In this document: positions 11,706 to 21,425 of the stretch, piece by piece
Position numbering within the stretch: position 1 is the first letter of the stretch
Layout: the number at the start of each line of letters is the position of its first letter
The notes under the pieces: generated by a model
The model's database searches: none
The model's input: only the letters and a program-made list of their open reading frames with translations
What the model was told of the DNA's origin: nothing
Position numbers and translations under genes: made by a program
NCBI RefSeq assembly: GCF_000142905.1
Contig: NW_013657649.1
Span: 62,001 to 126,000 of the forward strand
DNA from: Thecamonas trahens ATCC 50062
Lineage: Eukaryota; Protista; Apusomonadida
Length of the DNA stretch: 64,000 nt
Direction of reading: 5' to 3'

Positions 11706-13313
11706 ATGTCACGGTTTGTGGCGTGTCCAGTCTGTGCCACCGATGTCTCCATCCACGACATCAATGCTCATCTGGATGCCGGCTGTGCCGACCCGACGAC
11801 GGCGGCGCTTGGGAGCTCGCCGGCAGCAGGCTCACAGACAAGCCCAGCGAGCCAGAGTAGCAGGCCGAGTGGGACGGGAGCAAGCGGCGAGGGTGTGGCT
11901 CGGTCGCTGGCGTATACCGCGCCGGGGAGCAAGCGACTGAGGAACTCGGCTGTCGTCCTTGACTCGGGCAGTAGCGACGACGACGAGGGTCTGGGAAGGG
12001 ACGATTCTACGCTGGCGGCGCCTGCGGCCAAGCGGGCGCGCGGGCTGGGGCGGAAGGACCGTTCTGAGGGTGGACCGGCGGCTCCGCTGGCGGAGCGGGT
12101 GCGACCAGAGCGGCTAGAGGACATGCGTGGACAGGAGAAGGCGCTGGCGCCCGGGACGTTGCTGGCGACGCTTATCGAACAGGGCAAGATTCCCAACCTC
12201 ATCCTCTGGGGACCTCCCGGCTGTGGCAAGACCACCCTCGCCCACGTCATCCGGACACGTGTGGAGGGAAAGATGGTGTTTCGCAAGCTCTCGGCTGTCT
12301 CTGCCAACCTCAAGGCTGTTCGAGAGGAGCTAGAGCGAGCGCGGAACACGCGCCGGCTGACAGGCAAGGGCACTGTGCTCTTCCTTGACGAGATCCACCG
12401 GTTCAACAAGATGCAGCAGGACGTGTTCCTTCCGGCGCTCGAGTCGGGACTTATCACACTCATCGGCGCCACAACCGAGAATCCGGCGTTTGAGATCAAC
12501 GACGCCCTGCTCTCGCGGACCCGCATCATCACCTTTGAGAAGCTCTCGGCCGAGCATGTCATCGCCATTCTGCGCCGTGCTCTCGACGCTGCGCCGCACG
12601 GATCGGGCCTTGCCGTCACTGACGACGTGCTTGGCACCATTGCTGGACTAGCCGACGGTGATGCTCGCGCTGCGCTCAACGCGCTCGAGCTTGCTATGGA
12701 CATTGAGGCCCGCGGACGGAGCCCGGGAGACGCTCTCAGCCTGCGAGCGGTCAAGGAAGCGTTCCAGACTCGAATGGTGGCGTTTGATCGGGCTGGTGAC
12801 GAGCACTACAATGTCATCTCGGCGCTTCACAAGTCGCTCCGCGGCTCTGACGTCGACGCCTCGCTCTACTGGCTCGGCCGCCAGCTTGCCGGCGGTGAGA
12901 AGGTCGAGTACATTGCGCGGCGGCTCATCCGCTTTGCTGCCGAGGACGTTGGGATGGCTGATCCGCAGGCGCTTGCCATTGCTGTCTCAGCCTTCCAGGC
13001 CTCGCACCTGATCGGCATGCCAGAAGCCGACGTCGTCCTCGCCCAGGCTGTCGTCTACCTCGCCAAGGCGCCCAAGTCAGTTGCTGTCTACGAGGCAATC
13101 AAGCGGGTCAAGGAGACCGTCGCCCGCGCACCAAACGATCCCGTCCCGATCCACCTCCGCAACGCGCCGCGAAAGGTGCTCAAGGATCTTGGCCATGGCG
13201 CCGGATACGTCTATCCGCCGCATGCCACCCGTGCCGAGGCTGCCTCGCAGAGTTATCTCCCTGACAGCTTACGCGGAACCATGTTCTTCATGCCTGATCC
13301 GACGCCCGAGTAA
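11706..13313 (+). CDS. WRNIP1: WRNIP1/Mgs1 (MgsA/RarA family) AAA+ ATPase with an N-terminal UBZ zinc finger
   Basis: CPVC...INAHLD.C UBZ; PLAERVRP; GPPGCGKTT; LFLDEIHRFNK.QQD; GATTENP; DEHYNVISALHKSLRGSD; VPIHLRNAP. Confidence 0.95.
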   Translation: MSRFVACPVCATDVSIHDINAHLDAGCADPTTAALGSSPAAGSQTSPASQSSRPSGTGASGEGVARSLAYTAPGSKRLRNSAVVLDSGSSDDDEGLGRDDSTLAAPAAKRARGLGRKDRSEGGPAAPLAERVRPERLEDMRGQEKALAPGTLLATLIEQGKIPNLILWGPPGCGKTTLAHVIRTRVEGKMVFRKLSAVSANLKAVREELERARNTRRLTGKGTVLFLDEIHRFNKMQQDVFLPALESGLITLIGATTENPAFEINDALLSRTRIITFEKLSAEHVIAILRRALDAAPHGSGLAVTDDVLGTIAGLADGDARAALNALELAMDIEARGRSPGDALSLRAVKEAFQTRMVAFDRAGDEHYNVISALHKSLRGSDVDASLYWLGRQLAGGEKVEYIARRLIRFAAEDVGMADPQALAIAVSAFQASHLIGMPEADVVLAQAVVYLAKAPKSVAVYEAIKRVKETVARAPNDPVPIHLRNAPRKVLKDLGHGAGYVYPPHATRAEAASQSYLPDSLRGTMFFMPDPTPE

Positions 13314-13563
13314 AGCTGATGCAAGATCGGTGACCACCTGCAAGTGCAGCACCCGATAGCCGAAAGACGATGGCGGGCTTTTGCTGGGATTCGCGGGGAT
13401 CCGAGGATAGCCGAGTGCCATCGGTGTGGCAGGCGGCGCACGCCAAATTGGCCATATTCCGTGCGTTGGGCGGCAATGGGCTCAACTGACCGGTTTGGAG
13501 GGGAGGCTGAGGGAGGAGCCCATACTCCACGCACGGTCACTAGCAGGGCAGCAAGATTGCGAC

Positions 13564-14523
13564 ATGGGATCAACTGTGTACTTTGAGCCTATTCCGTGGG
13601 GGATGTGGAGCGAGGACCCCGCAGGATTTGCGGCTGCGCTCGGGGCCTCCTTCCGCGAGACCGGCTTCGCCGTGGTGGCATCCCACCCTGTGGCCAGCGA
13701 GGTCATTGATGGGGCGTACGCGGCGTCCAAGGCGTTCTTTGCGCTCGACAAGGAGGCCAAGGGCCGATACCACGACCCGGACGGGGCTGGGCAGCGGGGA
13801 TACACTCCGTTCGGCAAGGAGCACGCCAAGGACAAGTCGGCCCGCCTGCCTGATGCCAAGGAGTTCTTCCACGTCGGCCGCCGCCTGCCCGAGGAGGCCT
13901 GGACGGCAGTGATGAAGCCGACGCCGAGCGTGCGTGAGATCGAGACCTTTGACGACGACACATACGCACTTTACCATGCGCTGGACCAGTTTGGCCGCGA
14001 GCTCCTCCGCGCCATCGCCCTTCATCTCGAGGTGCCCGACGATCTGTTTGATGGCGCTGTTGCCGCAGGCAACTCGGTTCTCCGCCTGCTTCACTACCCG
14101 CCGCAGCCGAACGCGCCGCCGCCGGGCGCCATTCGTGCTGCCGCGCACGAAGACATCTCAGTCATCACCCTCCTGCTCGGCGCCGAGGAGGCTGGGCTCG
14201 AGGTCAAGCATCGCTCGGGCGAGTGGCTCTCGCTCAACCCGCCGCCTGGCTCGATTGTTATCAACTGCGGCGACTCGCTGCAGCGGCTGACAGGTGGTGC
14301 GCTGCCGTCGACCACCCATCGGGTCGTCAACCCGACTCCGGAGCGGGCACTCTTCCCGCGCTACTCATCGCCGTTCTTCCTCCACTTTGAGCCCGACTTT
14401 GTCATCGAGCCCATCCCTTCGGCCCTCCATCCGGAGCCGCCCATTACCGCCGATGACTTTCTGATGGAGCGACTGACTGCCATTGGCCTTGTCAAGGCCG
14501 CAGCCAAGAGTGTCAGCGCATGA
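13564..14523 (+). CDS. 2-oxoglutarate/Fe(II) dioxygenase, IPNS-like (DIOX_N + 2OG-FeII_Oxy), bacterial-type
   Basis: RGYTPFG, KEFFHVG, LRLLHYPP, AHED (HxD), STTHRVVNP (distal His), RYS (RxS); no intron. Confidence 0.92.
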   Translation: MGSTVYFEPIPWGMWSEDPAGFAAALGASFRETGFAVVASHPVASEVIDGAYAASKAFFALDKEAKGRYHDPDGAGQRGYTPFGKEHAKDKSARLPDAKEFFHVGRRLPEEAWTAVMKPTPSVREIETFDDDTYALYHALDQFGRELLRAIALHLEVPDDLFDGAVAAGNSVLRLLHYPPQPNAPPPGAIRAAAHEDISVITLLLGAEEAGLEVKHRSGEWLSLNPPPGSIVINCGDSLQRLTGGALPSTTHRVVNPTPERALFPRYSSPFFLHFEPDFVIEPIPSALHPEPPITADDFLMERLTAIGLVKAAAKSVSA

Positions 14524-14573
14524 TGGCATGCGTGTCTCCCGGCTCTGCTCTGCTGCTCTGCATTGAACGTTGT

Positions 14574-16442
14574 TTACGACTTGGGTGCCTGCTTCCGCCG
14601 CACCGTCGAGACGATGGCGGCGAGGGCGAGGCCGAGGAGGACGACGAAAAAGACAAAGAGGATGGAGATCTGGGAAGCCACGGTCCCAAACCCATGCTCC
14701 TTGATCTGGTACGTGGCAAGCATGTCCTCGCCTGAGTTGATAGCGCACGAGCCGTCGGACAGCGCCTCTGATGGCGAGCAGCGGAAGGTCATGTCCTCGA
14801 CCTCGGCGAGGAGGAGTGCGCCAAAGCCGTAGCGGAGCGGCGAGATGAACCGGAGCCAACGAAGCCATGCCGGAATGTTCTTTGGCACAATTAGGAAGCC
14901 CGAGACCATCATCGCCGGCATGAGCAGGAGCGGCGCAATGGCGTTGGCAACCGCAGCCTCCGAGGTAAACGCTGAGACTGTCACGCCCATCACCGATCCA
15001 ACGACGGCCGTCACACCGTGGATGAGGACGAACAGCGCAGCGGTACCCCATTCAGCCTTGAGACCGGCAAGCGGGTAGAGTGGGAGCGCAAAGAGGAGCT
15101 GGTAGAGGAACTGGAACGGGATGTCGGCAAGTACCCGGCAGAACAGGTACGTTGCCGGCCCATAGATACCATCGGCTGTCTCGCGGAAGAGCGCAGAGCG
15201 CTCGGACATGAAAACAAAGACCGAGGCCTGAACAGAGATAAAGATCGCGTTCGTGACTGTGAGGAAGAGAAGGCCCGCCCGATCTAGCGCTCCGGCCTGG
15301 GATGCATCGAGATTGTAGAGGAGGCCGAGGAGAAGGCCAAAGAAGACTGACTGCGCGACGTTGGACTTGACGGCAGACTCGTTACGGAGCGAGATCTTGA
15401 CCGCACGCTTGGTCAACTCCCATGCTTGACGGGCCCACGATGCGCGATCTGCTGGCGCAATGACGGCGAGTGGCGCAGCCGGTGCTGAACTAGCCTCGCG
15501 CGAGGATGTGATGGCCGGCGTTGTGGTCGACGATGACGACGACGATGACGACGACGATGACAAGGCAGCCCGTGAGTCGGCAAAGGCAGCAAAGGCGGCG
15601 GCATTCTTGGGCGAGGCGTCGGCCATGAGCTCGATGACAAAGTCGGCTGGATTCTTGAGGCGCGGGCAGGTGTGGCCCATGTCGGCAAAGTATGTAAGCA
15701 TGTCGTGGGTAGGGCCCGAGTACACGATGAGGCCGGCCGCCATGAGGAGGACAGTGTCGAACAGATTGAAGACGTAGACCGAGGGCTGGTGGATGGTGGC
15801 AAAGACGATGATGCCGCGGGTCTCGACAACCCGGCGGAGGGCCTCAATCACAGTCCGGGCGGCGCGGGCATCGAGGCCGGTCGTCGGCTCGTCGACAAAC
15901 AGGACCGAGGGGTTGATGAGGAGTGAAGCCGCAATGTTGAGCCGTTTGCGTTGGGCAAAGGTGAGGCCGTTGGCGGTCACGCCGGGCACGCCAATCTGGA
16001 CTCCGCGCACTGCGGTTAGATCCATGAGCTCAAGCACGTCATCGATGCGAGCGCGGCGATCTTCATCGGAGAGCGAGGATGGCAGCTGAAGGCGGGCGCG
16101 GAACCAAAGAATGTCGTCGGACGTCATGGTGTCGATAAAGGTGGCGTCCTGGGTCACGTAAGCTGTCGACGCCATGAAGGCATCATGATCGTAGACCGCA
16201 CCGTCGAGGCGGACAGTGCCTGACGATGAGACGCCCGCGGCGCGCGAGGAGAGCACGTTCAGCAGGGTTGTTTTGCCGGCGCCCGACGCGCCCATTAGCA
16301 TGGTCAGCTCGCCGGCAGCTACCGTGCCCGAGACCGAGCGCAGGATGGTCTTGATGGACTTGGCTGAGTCCGAGACGGCGCCTGGTTCGGCGCCGGAGAC
16401 CTTGACCCAGGCCTTGATGTCATTGAAGGAGAGCAGCGACAT
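14574..16442 (-). CDS. ABCG half-transporter A (NBD-TMD): canonical Walker A/B and H-loop, degenerate signature
   Basis: GASGAGKTT; signature GLTFAQRKRLNIA; VLFVDEPTTGLDARAA; ATIHQPS; ABC2 membrane domain. Start taken as MSLLSF; the upstream ORF extension runs through promoter repeats. Confidence 0.93.
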   Translation of the reverse strand: MSLLSFNDIKAWVKVSGAEPGAVSDSAKSIKTILRSVSGTVAAGELTMLMGASGAGKTTLLNVLSSRAAGVSSSGTVRLDGAVYDHDAFMASTAYVTQDATFIDTMTSDDILWFRARLQLPSSLSDEDRRARIDDVLELMDLTAVRGVQIGVPGVTANGLTFAQRKRLNIAASLLINPSVLFVDEPTTGLDARAARTVIEALRRVVETRGIIVFATIHQPSVYVFNLFDTVLLMAAGLIVYSGPTHDMLTYFADMGHTCPRLKNPADFVIELMADASPKNAAAFAAFADSRAALSSSSSSSSSSSTTTPAITSSREASSAPAAPLAVIAPADRASWARQAWELTKRAVKISLRNESAVKSNVAQSVFFGLLLGLLYNLDASQAGALDRAGLLFLTVTNAIFISVQASVFVFMSERSALFRETADGIYGPATYLFCRVLADIPFQFLYQLLFALPLYPLAGLKAEWGTAALFVLIHGVTAVVGSVMGVTVSAFTSEAAVANAIAPLLLMPAMMVSGFLIVPKNIPAWLRWLRFISPLRYGFGALLLAEVEDMTFRCSPSEALSDGSCAINSGEDMLATYQIKEHGFGTVASQISILFVFFVVLLGLALAAIVSTVRRKQAPKS

Positions 16443-16919
16443 GGCGTTTGCGGAATGTGCGCGGTTGACGAGGCGGGCGAGGGAGTGTCCGGCCGGGCGA
16501 TGGCAGCTGTTTTTGGGGATGCGGCGGAGGCGGAGGCGGAGGCGGAAGCAGCAGGCGGAGGCGGAGGCGGAAGCAGCAGGCGGAGGCGGAGGCGGAAGCA
16601 GCAGGCGGAGGCGATCGGCGGAGGCAGGAGACGAGGCGGTTGCTCGCAGGAGAGGGAGAACAGGGAGAGAGGCGAGTCTAGGACGGCACGTGGTAGAGCG
16701 CGTAGTCTGTGGTGGTTGTGTCTTGGCGTAGTCTGTGGTGGTTGTGTCTTGGCGCAGGCGAGTGAGGGGCGGAAGGAGGAGGCGGAAGGAGAGGCGGAAG
16801 GAGGCGGAGGCGGAAGGCGGATGGCCAGCGAGCGGGAACAAAAGGCAGAGGTATTGCGGCGGCGGCGGGCGGTGGTGGCGAGGCAGACAGACTTGAATCA
16901 TCAGCGGTGCAAGGCGGTG
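16443..16919. promoter_or_regulatory. Putative bidirectional promoter of the ABCG pair (477 bp) with repeat arrays
   Basis: Lies between divergent ATGs. Contains 3 x 25-bp GGCGGAGGCGGAGGCGGAAGCAGCA (16529-16603), a perfect 2 x 26-bp GCGTAGTCTGTGGTGGTTGTGTCTTG (16700-16751), and further GGCGGA units at about 16768-16822. Confidence 0.65.
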
Positions 16920-19076
16920 ATGGAGTTTGAGATGGTGGCGAGCGTGACCAGCTCGACTAGCGCAGCCTGCTCGAGCTCGACCAGCTCGTCGACAAGCTCG
17001 GGCACCACAAGTACGACGACCGGGACCGGGACCGGGACCGGGACTGGGACTGGGACCGGCACCGGAACCGGATCGGGGATCGGGACTAGCACAGCAAGCT
17101 CCCTTGACTCCTCGGGCATGCTTGCATCAAGCACGTCGTCGCAGACGGCGGCTTGGCGCGACGTGATTGTATCTGAGCTGACGGTGGAGACCAAGACCGG
17201 CGAGGTGGTGGTGGACGGGGCGTCGATGTGGCTGCGGAGCGGGCGGCTGACGCTGCTGGTCGGTCCGGCTGGCTCGGGCAAGACGGTGCTGCTGGAGACG
17301 CTGGCGGGGCGGATGGGGCGTGGGCTGGGCATTGGCTCGGGCACAGTGTCGCTGGGCGACGAGACGGTGGCATCCGCGCAGTCGGGCATCCGCAAGGCGG
17401 TGCGCGACCGGATCGGGCTGGTGACGCAAGAGGACATTGTGCTGGAGAGTACGACGACCCGTGAGTCGCTGCAGTTTCTGGCGGCGGTGTACCACGGAAG
17501 CAGCAGCTCCGCGGAGCGGGAGAAGATCATCGACTCGGTCCTCGCCTCGCTAGGCATGACCAAGGTGGCGGACACGGTAGTCGGGACGCCGGGGCTCAAG
17601 CGCGGGCTCTCAGGTGGCGAGCGAAAGCGGGCTAACATTGCGCGGGCGCTGGTGAGCCAACCAGATGTGCTGCTGGTGGACAACCCGACGGCCGGCCTGG
17701 ACTCTGCCACTGCAGTGGTGGTGATCGAGGTGCTGGCGGCGCTAGCGCGATCGGCACAAATCCCTGTTGTGGTCGCACTTTCTCAGGGTGCGGTCGAGGT
17801 CTTTGATGCTTTTGATGATGTGGTTTGCCTCGCCAGCGGCGGGCGGGTTGCCTTTGCCGGCTCCGGCGCGGACCTGCTCCCGCACTGGGGCGCTGCAGCC
17901 GGCATGGAGTGCCCAGATGGGGTGAGCCCGATCGAGTTTGTGGTCGAGGTGCTGGCAGGCCCGGAAGCTGGTGAGAACGCTAGCGGATCCGGCAGCAGCT
18001 CCGGCAGTCGATCCGGTAGCGTGTCGTCCAGCTCAAGCTCCGGAGGCGGAGTCCGATACGCGTTGGCGGAGGAAGGTAAGGGCGGCAAGAGCATGTTGGA
18101 GCGCGCGCTGGCGGTCTCGCCGCAGGTAGCGCTGCCTACTATGAGTAAGAGCCTGAGCTCGCCGCGTAGGCATGGCGATGACGACAGCGATGGGAGCGGA
18201 AAGAACTGTGGCGGATGCAGCGACTCGCTGCGGCGGACCGGGCGCGGGTTCTGGCAGCTTATCAAGCGCAACACGGCGGTGATGAGGCGAAGCACCGAGG
18301 CGACAGGCGCGCGACTGGTGCAGGCGCTGGTATTCTCACTGCTCATGGGCGTGCTCTACTACCAGATTCCGCGCGGTCAGGACGCCGGCTACGACCGCGG
18401 CGGGCTCCTTCTGCTGGCGTCTGTCATGCCGATGTTCTCGGCGATGGAGGCGGCGGTGGCGGTGTTCATGGCCGAGTTTGCCACTTACCGGCGTGAAGTC
18501 AAGGAGGGCGTGTACGGGCCGGGCACGTACCTACTGGCCATGATTGTAGCGGATCTCCCGTGTCTTGCGGTGGTCATGATCCTTGCCATTGTGCCGGTCT
18601 ACACGCTCGCAGGCCTCACGGCGACCTTCAAGGCCATTGCGGTCTTTACGGTCGCGAACACGCTCCTTGCTTTGCTAGGCAGCTGGATGGGCGTCCTGCT
18701 TGCGGCGCTGTCGGGCGATGCCAACACGGCCAACATCCTTGCGTCTGCGGTTGTGCTGCCGGGCATGATGTTCACCGGCGTGATGCTCAAGTTTGACAAC
18801 ATGTGGACCGGCTTTGCGCTTCTGCGGCACCTCTCGTTCCTCCGCTACGGCTTTGCGTCAATGATGATTGCCGAGCTGGAGGACATGACGCTATCATGCA
18901 CAGACGACGAGGCCATCAACGGAACTTGCCCCATCGTCAGCGGGCAGGCCGTCCTCGACCAGCTGCAGGTTGAGCGCGACGGCGGACTCGCCTACTCGAT
19001 GGGCATGCTCACCCTCTGCGTGGCTGTCATCGGTCTCATGACTTGGGCCGCGCTCTGGCGCGCGGCGCGGCGATGA
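16920..19076 (+). CDS. ABCG half-transporter B (NBD-TMD): canonical signature, catalytically degenerate Walker B and H-loop
   Basis: GPAGSGKTV; GLSGGERKRANIA; VLLVDNPTAGLDSATA (E to N); VALSQG (H to S); ABC2 TMD; S/T/G-rich N-terminal extension. Confidence 0.93.
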   Translation: MEFEMVASVTSSTSAACSSSTSSSTSSGTTSTTTGTGTGTGTGTGTGTGTGSGIGTSTASSLDSSGMLASSTSSQTAAWRDVIVSELTVETKTGEVVVDGASMWLRSGRLTLLVGPAGSGKTVLLETLAGRMGRGLGIGSGTVSLGDETVASAQSGIRKAVRDRIGLVTQEDIVLESTTTRESLQFLAAVYHGSSSSAEREKIIDSVLASLGMTKVADTVVGTPGLKRGLSGGERKRANIARALVSQPDVLLVDNPTAGLDSATAVVVIEVLAALARSAQIPVVVALSQGAVEVFDAFDDVVCLASGGRVAFAGSGADLLPHWGAAAGMECPDGVSPIEFVVEVLAGPEAGENASGSGSSSGSRSGSVSSSSSSGGGVRYALAEEGKGGKSMLERALAVSPQVALPTMSKSLSSPRRHGDDDSDGSGKNCGGCSDSLRRTGRGFWQLIKRNTAVMRRSTEATGARLVQALVFSLLMGVLYYQIPRGQDAGYDRGGLLLLASVMPMFSAMEAAVAVFMAEFATYRREVKEGVYGPGTYLLAMIVADLPCLAVVMILAIVPVYTLAGLTATFKAIAVFTVANTLLALLGSWMGVLLAALSGDANTANILASAVVLPGMMFTGVMLKFDNMWTGFALLRHLSFLRYGFASMMIAELEDMTLSCTDDEAINGTCPIVSGQAVLDQLQVERDGGLAYSMGMLTLCVAVIGLMTWAALWRAARR

Positions 19077-19298
19077 CCGAGAATGCGAGTGTGCGACGCT
19101 GCAATGGGCCCAGCGAATGAGAAAGTAAAAGAAACTGATGTCCGTCTCTCTGTCATCGGGCGGCGGCGGAGCGAGCCCCAAGAGCGTTGTCGCCAAGGCG
19201 GCGGGGGCAGCAGCGTTTCACATCGGCCAATTCCAATGGGTTCGATCCGGGCTCCGGGTCGCCGTCTTGTCATCGACAACACCTGTCTCATGCTCAGC

Positions 19299-21425
19299 AT
19301 GGACGACCTCGAGCTCGACTGGGGCGTGGCGAATGTGAAGCTGCCGGGCGCAGCAGCGGTGGGCGCTGATGCTGCCGCTGGTGGCGAGGCCGTTGGCGGG
19401 GCGCGGGGCGGAAGCGGCATGGCGGGAGACGGACGAGGCGGGAGGCGGCGCGGTCGCCGCGACAAGGTGGCACGCGCATGCGACTTTTGCCGGCGGCGGC
19501 GGCGCAAGTGTGATGGCAATCAGCCTTGTGCGGCGTGTCGACGACGGGGGAGCGCGTGCACGTTTGCCATGCCTCGGGGGCGGGGGCAGCAAGGCGCGTC
19601 AAGCATGGCATCGAGCGGAGGTGCGACTCCGGCGACGTTGATGGGCGTGAGCAAGCCAGCGGTGAGGGGGGTGCAGTTGAGCGAGGTGAGGGAGCGAGGC
19701 GAGGACGATTGGCTGCTGTCACCGCTGGCGATGGTCCCGCTCTCGGCAGACGTGTCGCTCGACAATCAGCATCTTGAAGCCGCCCAGGCTCTGCGGCACC
19801 AGCTGGCGACACCAAGCCCAAGGGCGAGCGACCACGAGGCAGCAAGATCGCTGGACTCACTCTCGCTGCCGCTGCCACTGGCGCTGGATGGTCCAGTGCC
19901 GGTGGTGAAGCAGCCGGGCGATGAGCAGAGTCTTAAGCGGCGGCGGGCGGCGGCGGAGGGCGACGACGAGAACGAGGACGAGGCTGGGGCATGGGAGCTC
20001 GCCCGCGCACTGAAGAGGCGGGCACACTTGGGCTCGATGTCTGCAGTACGGCACTTGCTTTCGACGTTCGGACGGCTGGTGGCGCCGACGCTGGGCCTGG
20101 CGACTCCATACGGATGGGGCGGCCTCTTTCCGCGGGCAGCAGTGATGCAGCTCGACGCCATCTCAGCGGTGACGCTCCGCGGGATGGGCGAGACTGCTGC
20201 AGCGCACTCGGCCATTTCGTCGGCCAAGGCTCGACTGGCGCGAGTTTATGACGTGCCGTCGCTCGAGGTGGCGTACGGCCACTTTTTGGTCACCACCTAC
20301 TTTGTGGGCGTTAATCACGCCGAGGCGGCGCTGCACGCCGGATGCTGTATTGCGATTCTGCGCGCAATGGCTCGGACAGCAGGGGCCACCCTGCCAGCGC
20401 TACACTCGAAGCTCTCATTTGATACCGTTTCTACGCTTGTACGGGCGCTGATGGAGCTCTCCGAGGTGTACGCGACTCGGATGGTGGCAGCGAACTCAAT
20501 TAAGGCGCTGGCGCTGCGCCACGCGTCGAGCCCACCACTCTTTCTCTCATTTCCGGCCGAGGGCTCGTCGCGGGCAAAAGAATCGTGCGAGTCGGGAAGC
20601 CTGGCTGTGCCAGTCATGGTACCGGAGCGGTGCGCCGCGCTGCTGTCTGCGTTCCGGTCCGGCGATCGCGGCGCGGTGCGTGCGCTGCTCCCGCCATCAC
20701 TCACGGTTGCCGACCATTCGCCGATATCATACGAGCTTTTCATGGTCCTGTACCGGGCGCTTGGGCCAACGATGGAAGCAGTGCTCTCGGTGCCACCGCA
20801 TCCCAGCACTGACCCGGTGCCACGCGAGCTGCTGTCGCTCGCCGCCGCGCTGTACAATGCGGACCTGCCCGAGCCAAGCGGCGAGGTCTCGTACTGGAAT
20901 ACACTTGTCGGCCTCGATCTCATTGACGGGTGCTCCGGCCGAAGCTATCCAGATCGCGACGCTTCTTTGCTGGACGCACTGGGTACGCTTCCGCTGTTTA
21001 CCCAATTCATGGACTTGCTTGATGAGGACCTCGCTGCCGGCGTCCCTAGCCACGAGCTCTGCTGCGGCGAGCAAACGAGCTTGTTTCAAGCTTTTGTCAT
21101 TGTCTCACACGCCTATTTTATGGCGCTGTCAGACATGTGTGAGACTGCCAAGGTAGCAGCGTCGATGGAGCGCATGCTGACACTGCTCGAGAGCGTGAGA
21201 GACCAGCTTGCGGCCGGGTGGACGTTCTCGATCATGACCCTAGTCATGGCCGCCTGTGTCGCAGTCCTCGTCAAGTCGAGCCATGACTTTATCTCCCGCA
21301 TCCTTGCGCTCGGCGAGGCCATTCCCAGCGAGAACGCTCCGGTGTGGACCATGGTCGGGCGGATACTACGGACATCGACGAGCTCACTCCCCAGGCCTGC
21401 TGCGCCTTTTGGGGTGGGGGTGTAA
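19299..21425 (+). CDS. Zn(II)2Cys6 (GAL4-type) transcription factor
   Basis: ARACDFCRRRRRKCDGNQPCAACRRRGSAC binuclear cluster followed by a long helical region. Start uncertain; the ORF is open from 19083. Confidence 0.9.
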   Translation: MDDLELDWGVANVKLPGAAAVGADAAAGGEAVGGARGGSGMAGDGRGGRRRGRRDKVARACDFCRRRRRKCDGNQPCAACRRRGSACTFAMPRGRGQQGASSMASSGGATPATLMGVSKPAVRGVQLSEVRERGEDDWLLSPLAMVPLSADVSLDNQHLEAAQALRHQLATPSPRASDHEAARSLDSLSLPLPLALDGPVPVVKQPGDEQSLKRRRAAAEGDDENEDEAGAWELARALKRRAHLGSMSAVRHLLSTFGRLVAPTLGLATPYGWGGLFPRAAVMQLDAISAVTLRGMGETAAAHSAISSAKARLARVYDVPSLEVAYGHFLVTTYFVGVNHAEAALHAGCCIAILRAMARTAGATLPALHSKLSFDTVSTLVRALMELSEVYATRMVAANSIKALALRHASSPPLFLSFPAEGSSRAKESCESGSLAVPVMVPERCAALLSAFRSGDRGAVRALLPPSLTVADHSPISYELFMVLYRALGPTMEAVLSVPPHPSTDPVPRELLSLAAALYNADLPEPSGEVSYWNTLVGLDLIDGCSGRSYPDRDASLLDALGTLPLFTQFMDLLDEDLAAGVPSHELCCGEQTSLFQAFVIVSHAYFMALSDMCETAKVAASMERMLTLLESVRDQLAAGWTFSIMTLVMAACVAVLVKSSHDFISRILALGEAIPSENAPVWTMVGRILRTSTSSLPRPAAPFGVGV

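Noticed and set aside
17508-17515. Yeast PDRE TCCGCGGA inside ABCG-B
   Set aside because: It lies within the CDS, also occurs at about 5172, and is expected by chance at this GC content.
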